From Candidatus Hydrogenedentota bacterium (GTDB lineage: Bacteria > Hydrogenedentota > Hydrogenedentia > Hydrogenedentales > JAEUWI01): 64,000 nucleotides of DNA. Below, piece after piece: positions 59,506 to 64,000 of this stretch. The notes under the pieces are model-generated. The model had not been told where the DNA came from, made no database searches, and saw only the letters and a program-made list of their open reading frames with translations. The position numbers and the translations under genes are program-made. Every line of letters starts with the position of its first letter. Position 1 is the stretch's first letter. The stretch lies in the NCBI GenBank assembly GCA_024280935.1, contig JAJRPE010000115.1:12256-76255 (forward strand), written 5' to 3'.

Positions 59506-61707
59506 ATGCACAAAGGGCAATCCTGTAAAATCGCCGCCCTGTTTCTGCTTGCCCTGCTCTTTCCCGCCCTCGCGACGGGGGCGCCAACAGTGCGTACCAG
59601 CCTGGACCGTACCAAGATTGGCATGGGCGACAGCGTCATCCTCACAACACAGGTAAGGACGGGATACCTCGCCACACGCTCTGGGCACCGGGTGATCCCT
59701 TTCGTCAATGGGAAGCGCTGGGGTGCCATAGAAATAACCGATGCCAACGGGGTTGCCACCCACCTTCTCCCCCTGCCGAATGTTGGCCCCATGGAGATTC
59801 AGGTGCTGGTGGAAGAACCCCGCACACGGGCTGCGCGGGCCACGTGGATTTGGGGTTCAACCATTCCCGAAAAATCCACACAGCATTTTCAGCGGGTTTT
59901 CCAATTCGACGGCAACCCGGAAGCCGCACGACTCCATGTCGCGGTTGACGATCACGCTACCGTCTATCTGAATGGCGAGGAAATAGCGGTCGTCCAGGGT
60001 TGGAAAGACACCCCGCCCCTCGCGGGTCTTGCGGAGCACCTGATTGCCGGGGAAAATGTGCTGTCGATTGCGGCGACGACGACCGGCGGCCTGGCGGGCC
60101 TGTTGGTACGGATGGATAATGGACCAGGCCTGGATGCCCCGGTTTTGCTCTCCGGCGCGGATTGGACCTACTTCCCCACCGCCCCCTATGGATGGCCTTT
60201 TCGTGCGGAAGTGGACGGAGAAAGGCCCACCGTGCTCGGGGGTGTCGAATGGAGTCCCTATCGCCGGGTGATGACGAGCTGGCCTGCCCTTCCCGAGCAG
60301 GCGCTGAATATCGCGGGCACGTCCATACCGGAGGAGGGCCTCTTCTCCACGCCCCTCCTCGTCAAGGTGAAAGAACGGCACCTGGTACGACCGATGGTCA
60401 ACCCGGCACAACGGGTGGGCATCCAGTTTGAACCCTGGTTCACGCCCCGCAACTCCAATTGGGCCTCCAGTCATGCGGTTCCTCTCACGGGTCGCTATTG
60501 GTCGTGGAACACCGACGTAGTCCGGCAGCAAATGATTTGGCTCATTGAAAGCGGCATCGATTTCCTCGTCGTGGATTGGACCAACCATCTCTGGGGAAAG
60601 AAGCATTGGGACGAACGTGATGACAGCACCAATGAAATCATCCATGCCACCACCATGTTGTTAGAAACCTTGGCAACCCTGCGGGACGAGGGAAATCCGG
60701 TGCCCACGGTGGTGCTTTACGTGGGCCTGAACAACGGCCCCAGCACGACGATCACCGCCGTCGACGAAGAATTGCGCTGGATATACAACACCTATGTGCG
60801 CAATCCGCGTTTCAATGGCCTTTTCGAGGACTATCTTGGCAAGCCATTGGCGCTGGTCCACAGTGGCGGCGGTCCCGCCTGGAAGGACGAAAACGGGGAA
60901 TCCAAGCTGGATGAGACACTCTTCACCCTCCGTTATCAGTCTTTCCAGCATGAATTCAATGACCACGCGGCCCATGGATTCTGGTCGTGGATGGATGCCT
61001 CGCTGGAGCCGGTGCCCACCATGCGCGATGGCGTTGTCGAGGCGTTGACGGTGTCGACGGCATTCTTTGCTCAGGGGGGCTGGAAGCAAGAGGGCACGTA
61101 TGGCCGTCGGGGCGGCTGGACCTTCCTGGAGAGTTTCCGCGCCGCCTTGAAACATCGGCCCCGTTTCCTGGAGATCCATCAGTTTCAAGAGTTCGCCGGA
61201 CAGTGGGAAGGCTATGGCTACGGCCCTTCGCGTACTATCTACGTGGATTCCTACAATGTAGAATTCAGCGATGATATAGAACCCGTATCGCGCACGGCGG
61301 CCGCCTATCGCGGGAGCGGCGGCTGGGGTTTTTACTATCTCAACCTCATGCGCGCCCTGGTGGACTGCTACCACCAGGCAGAACCGGAGACGACCGTGGT
61401 GGTGCTTTCAAACCCCACCGATGGCAGCACCCTGTCAGGCGATCAATTGGAGATCGCGTGGGATTGGCTGGGCAAAAAGCCGAGCGGCATGGAGTTGCGG
61501 GTCAACAATAAGCGCATCGAAATTGACCCACTGGTCCCGCACCATAGCCTCGATCTCAGTCCCTACCCCGCCGGCCCGTTGACGATCAGCGTCACAGCGA
61601 CGGCTACCGTAGCACGCTATCCGCTGTCCTACACCCAGGCCTCGCCGCCAAGTGAGGCCATGCGGCCCGCAACGACCCAAGTGGTCTGCACTGTGGTGAA
61701 AGAGTAG
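59506..61707 (+). CDS. Large secreted hypothetical protein (733 aa), possibly a glycosidase-like TIM barrel in the C-terminal half
   Basis: Signal peptide MHKGQSCKIAALFLLALLFPALATGA. No firm family. Confidence 0.45.
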   Translation: MHKGQSCKIAALFLLALLFPALATGAPTVRTSLDRTKIGMGDSVILTTQVRTGYLATRSGHRVIPFVNGKRWGAIEITDANGVATHLLPLPNVGPMEIQVLVEEPRTRAARATWIWGSTIPEKSTQHFQRVFQFDGNPEAARLHVAVDDHATVYLNGEEIAVVQGWKDTPPLAGLAEHLIAGENVLSIAATTTGGLAGLLVRMDNGPGLDAPVLLSGADWTYFPTAPYGWPFRAEVDGERPTVLGGVEWSPYRRVMTSWPALPEQALNIAGTSIPEEGLFSTPLLVKVKERHLVRPMVNPAQRVGIQFEPWFTPRNSNWASSHAVPLTGRYWSWNTDVVRQQMIWLIESGIDFLVVDWTNHLWGKKHWDERDDSTNEIIHATTMLLETLATLRDEGNPVPTVVLYVGLNNGPSTTITAVDEELRWIYNTYVRNPRFNGLFEDYLGKPLALVHSGGGPAWKDENGESKLDETLFTLRYQSFQHEFNDHAAHGFWSWMDASLEPVPTMRDGVVEALTVSTAFFAQGGWKQEGTYGRRGGWTFLESFRAALKHRPRFLEIHQFQEFAGQWEGYGYGPSRTIYVDSYNVEFSDDIEPVSRTAAAYRGSGGWGFYYLNLMRALVDCYHQAEPETTVVVLSNPTDGSTLSGDQLEIAWDWLGKKPSGMELRVNNKRIEIDPLVPHHSLDLSPYPAGPLTISVTATATVARYPLSYTQASPPSEAMRPATTQVVCTVVKE

Positions 61708-61721
61708 ACGACTTCGCTAAC

Positions 61722-61920
61722 AGGGGGTTGGGCATTCCTGCCCGACATAAAGCGCACGTCGAGTGTCGAAAACGCACGTATAGATCGTGGTAACACATTG
61801 GACATCCAGGCCAGGGCATCGTGCCTTCTTAATCAAGTCTTGGTTGATTGCATCTGCCGGTGTCGGGTTTTATGTCCGACGCGCCCTTTATGTCGGGCTG
61901 GAAAGCCCAACCCCCTTTCC
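61722..61920 (+). repeat. Family 2 MITE copy immediately 3' of the DUF1559 gene
   Basis: agggggttgggcattcctgcccgacataaagcgc ... gcgccctttatgtcgggctggaaagcccaaccccct. Confidence 0.8.
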
Positions 61921-61934
61921 ACCAAAAGCTCCCA

Positions 61935-62990
61935 TCAATTCAGTGCGCTTGATTGAGGCGGTCGCTGTGTATCGCCAATTGGCGCTTCCAGTGTACCCTC
62001 CACCGCATCGCGGAGGATCTGCCCTGCCTCGTTAAAGGGAAACGGTGTTCTCCCTCCCAAATATATCCCCTCCACATGTCCGTCCATGTAGAGTACGTTG
62101 GCCCGCCGCATGTGGGGAAAGATGGTCGATACATGGGGCACGGCTTCGTGGAGTACGACAATACTTTTCTCGGCAGTATACATTGCCGCCGGATTACAAA
62201 TTTCGCGCATAAGAAAACGTCCTACACCTTCACGAAGAGATGGAATCTCCGAGCCAAACGGAATCTTCAGGGCCTTTCCGCTGGGGTATTCCAAGTCCCA
62301 AGTCTGCATGGAGCGGTTGAAATCGCCGGATTTCATCTTCTCCGCCAAAGAGAGGGTGGCGAGTCTGAACCGCATGTTGTGAATGTGCGGCGTATACTCG
62401 TCGGTTACCCTTAGCGACCGCCCCCAACCGCGTTTCCGCATGTTCTCTGTCAGAACATCTTCCGGATCAGCATCTTCCGTCCGAGGGAACGGCCCAAATG
62501 TCAATTCAGACAGCGCCCAACCGTAGTAATAGTAGGGCTTGCCAAGCATCTCACACGGCTCAACGGTGCCATTATTGCTGTAGCCCTCGACCGCCTCCCA
62601 ACGAGGATTGGTCGTCTTCCCCTCATCCCAGACTTCGATAGCGGTCTTGCCGGGACCGTAGGATGGGCAGACAAAGAGGTCCAGATCCGTCAGGTATTCA
62701 GGGTAGACCTCCGCGAGGTCCATGGCCCCGCTCCAGGGCTGGATGTTGCCGTTGCAATCATCGAGTTTCGGCTTGGGAAAGCGCTGCCCCTTGGACTCCT
62801 CTGTGTACATGGACATGGCCTGCCCGATTTGCTTGAGTTTCGCCTGGCAGGGTAGCAGGTCTCTTGTCAACAACACACGGGGAATCTGGCTGACAGCAAT
62901 TAGCCCGAGCACCGCAAGCAATATCATTGCCACGATAAATTCTATTCGTGTAAGCGGTTTCCGAAGCGTTCTACCTTTTGGATTTGCCAT
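61935..62990 (-). CDS. Prepilin-type N-terminal domain + DUF1559 (H-X9-DG) protein, typical of Planctomycetota
   Basis: N-terminus KGRTLRKPLTRIEFIVAMILLAVLGLIAVS is pseudopilin-like. C-terminal NVLYMDGHVE is the H-X9-DG-type motif. Confidence 0.6.
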   Translation of the reverse strand: MANPKGRTLRKPLTRIEFIVAMILLAVLGLIAVSQIPRVLLTRDLLPCQAKLKQIGQAMSMYTEESKGQRFPKPKLDDCNGNIQPWSGAMDLAEVYPEYLTDLDLFVCPSYGPGKTAIEVWDEGKTTNPRWEAVEGYSNNGTVEPCEMLGKPYYYYGWALSELTFGPFPRTEDADPEDVLTENMRKRGWGRSLRVTDEYTPHIHNMRFRLATLSLAEKMKSGDFNRSMQTWDLEYPSGKALKIPFGSEIPSLREGVGRFLMREICNPAAMYTAEKSIVVLHEAVPHVSTIFPHMRRANVLYMDGHVEGIYLGGRTPFPFNEAGQILRDAVEGTLEAPIGDTQRPPQSSALN

Positions 62991-63189
62991 GTGGCTCCCT
63001 TCCAAATTGTCGCCTTCGCTACCGTTATCGACAGTATCACGTAAGCCTGAAAAGAAACCACTGCCAAGTTCGTGATGGCTTTCAGCGCCAAAAACTCAAG
63101 ACATTCGCCTACGGCAAGATCTGCGACCCAATGTGAAGCTACCGGAGCTGGTGGCGCCCTTCACGGCCCATGCTGGGCACTACGCACAA

Positions 63190-63392
63190 GGGGGTTGGGC
63201 ATTCCTGCCCGACATAGACGGCGCGGTGGGTGCCGGAAGCCCACGTAGTGTTCGTGTTAACACATTGGATGTCCAGGACAGGGCATAGCACTTTGTCGTT
63301 TGAATCCTACGTGACTACACGTGCCGGTGTCGGGTTCTATGTCCGACGCGCCCTTTATGTCGGGCTGGAAAGCCCAACCCCCTTTTCACCAA
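63190..63392 (+). repeat. Family 2 MITE copy immediately 5' of the DUF1559 gene, in the same orientation as the 61722 copy
   Basis: gggggttgggcattcctgcccgacatagacggcgc ... gcgccctttatgtcgggctggaaagcccaaccccc. Confidence 0.8.
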
Positions 63393-63401
63393 AAGCTCCC
63401 A

Positions 63402-63989
63402 TCAATTCAGCGAGCCGGATGGCGTCAATCGTTGGGAATCCTCTATTGGTGTCTTCGCAAACTGTTCCGAATCGTAGGGGAGTTGAACGCCCTGCCAAGT
63501 AGAGACGGGAATGCGCCACAGGGTGTATTCGGCGTGGTAGCGCATAGGCAGCCGACGGGGTATGGTCGCCACCAACGCCACGAGGGCCTCTTCCCCTTCC
63601 CAGGCAAAATCCACAATCTCTCCAGGGAGCGAGATGTAGACCGCTTCTCCCTTTCCCGGGTCAACGCCGCGAAGCAGCCCTGCTGGGTCCACCCAAGCAA
63701 CATAGCGGCCCGCCGGGCTGATCCGGGAGCGTGTCACGCGATAGTTTCGGTGCAGGAGCACTGTTCGTGTTTCCCCCTCCGTGGAAAGGGCTACCAAATC
63801 CCCGGCTTGCTCGAAATAAATCAATTCCCTGCGTCCGGCACGCCAGGCGAGCGCCCCTGCGGGAAACACCCGTTCTCGAATCAGCGATGTGCGTCGGCCA
63901 CCGTCCGCGCTAAGCACCAGACGACCACTGGAATTTGCGAAGGCCACATCGCCGCTGGCCGCGTCGATGGCCACGCAGGTTTCGTCCAC
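63402..63989 (-). CDS. Beta-propeller (TolB/PD40-like) protein; the gene may continue beyond the window end
   Basis: Repetitive beta-strand blades with RISPAGRYVAWVD-type PD40 motifs. Confidence 0.35.
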   Translation of the reverse strand: MDETCVAIDAASGDVAFANSSGRLVLSADGGRRTSLIRERVFPAGALAWRAGRRELIYFEQAGDLVALSTEGETRTVLLHRNYRVTRSRISPAGRYVAWVDPAGLLRGVDPGKGEAVYISLPGEIVDFAWEGEEALVALVATIPRRLPMRYHAEYTLWRIPVSTWQGVQLPYDSEQFAKTPIEDSQRLTPSGSLN

Positions 63990-64000
63990 CAGCGCCCGCC

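Overview
This is a roughly 58-60% GC bacterial chromosomal segment. The DUF1559 prepilin-like gene and the polysaccharide-degrading enzymes suggest Planctomycetota or a related PVC lineage. From the start, the window contains: a type IV pilus assembly operon pilM-N-O-P-Q, with pilQ running off the window start; a degenerate radical-SAM/SPASM-like gene convergent with a Nif11-like 79-aa gene; a zinc-ribbon/MshEN/HDOD regulator whose stop overlaps the Nif11-like start; a divergently transcribed giant protein built of 231-bp tandem repeats (11-heptad coiled coil), a TM helix and a C-terminal LRR; a PHP phosphoesterase; a ribD-ribE-ribBA-(DUF2007)-ribH-nusB operon; tRNA-Pro(GGG) followed by a higB/higA-like toxin-antitoxin pair; rplM-rpsI; glycosyltransferases; two paralogous zinc-ribbon/repeat proteins around a sugar-phosphate isomerase; a second MshEN protein with FHA and degenerate GGDEF domains; secreted polysaccharide-degrading enzymes; an ECF sigma with an anti-sigma/vWA partner; and a REP-associated tyrosine transposase (RAYT) flanked by REP arrays. 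The most unusual property is the density of short palindromic or TIR-bounded repeat families (at least 7 MITE/REP-like families, 20+ copies) in nearly every intergenic gap, including inside the rib operon. Many long ORFs in the supplied track are antisense artefacts of real genes. All calls come from reading the sequence and ORF translations, with no database searches, so family assignments are recognitions of motifs.
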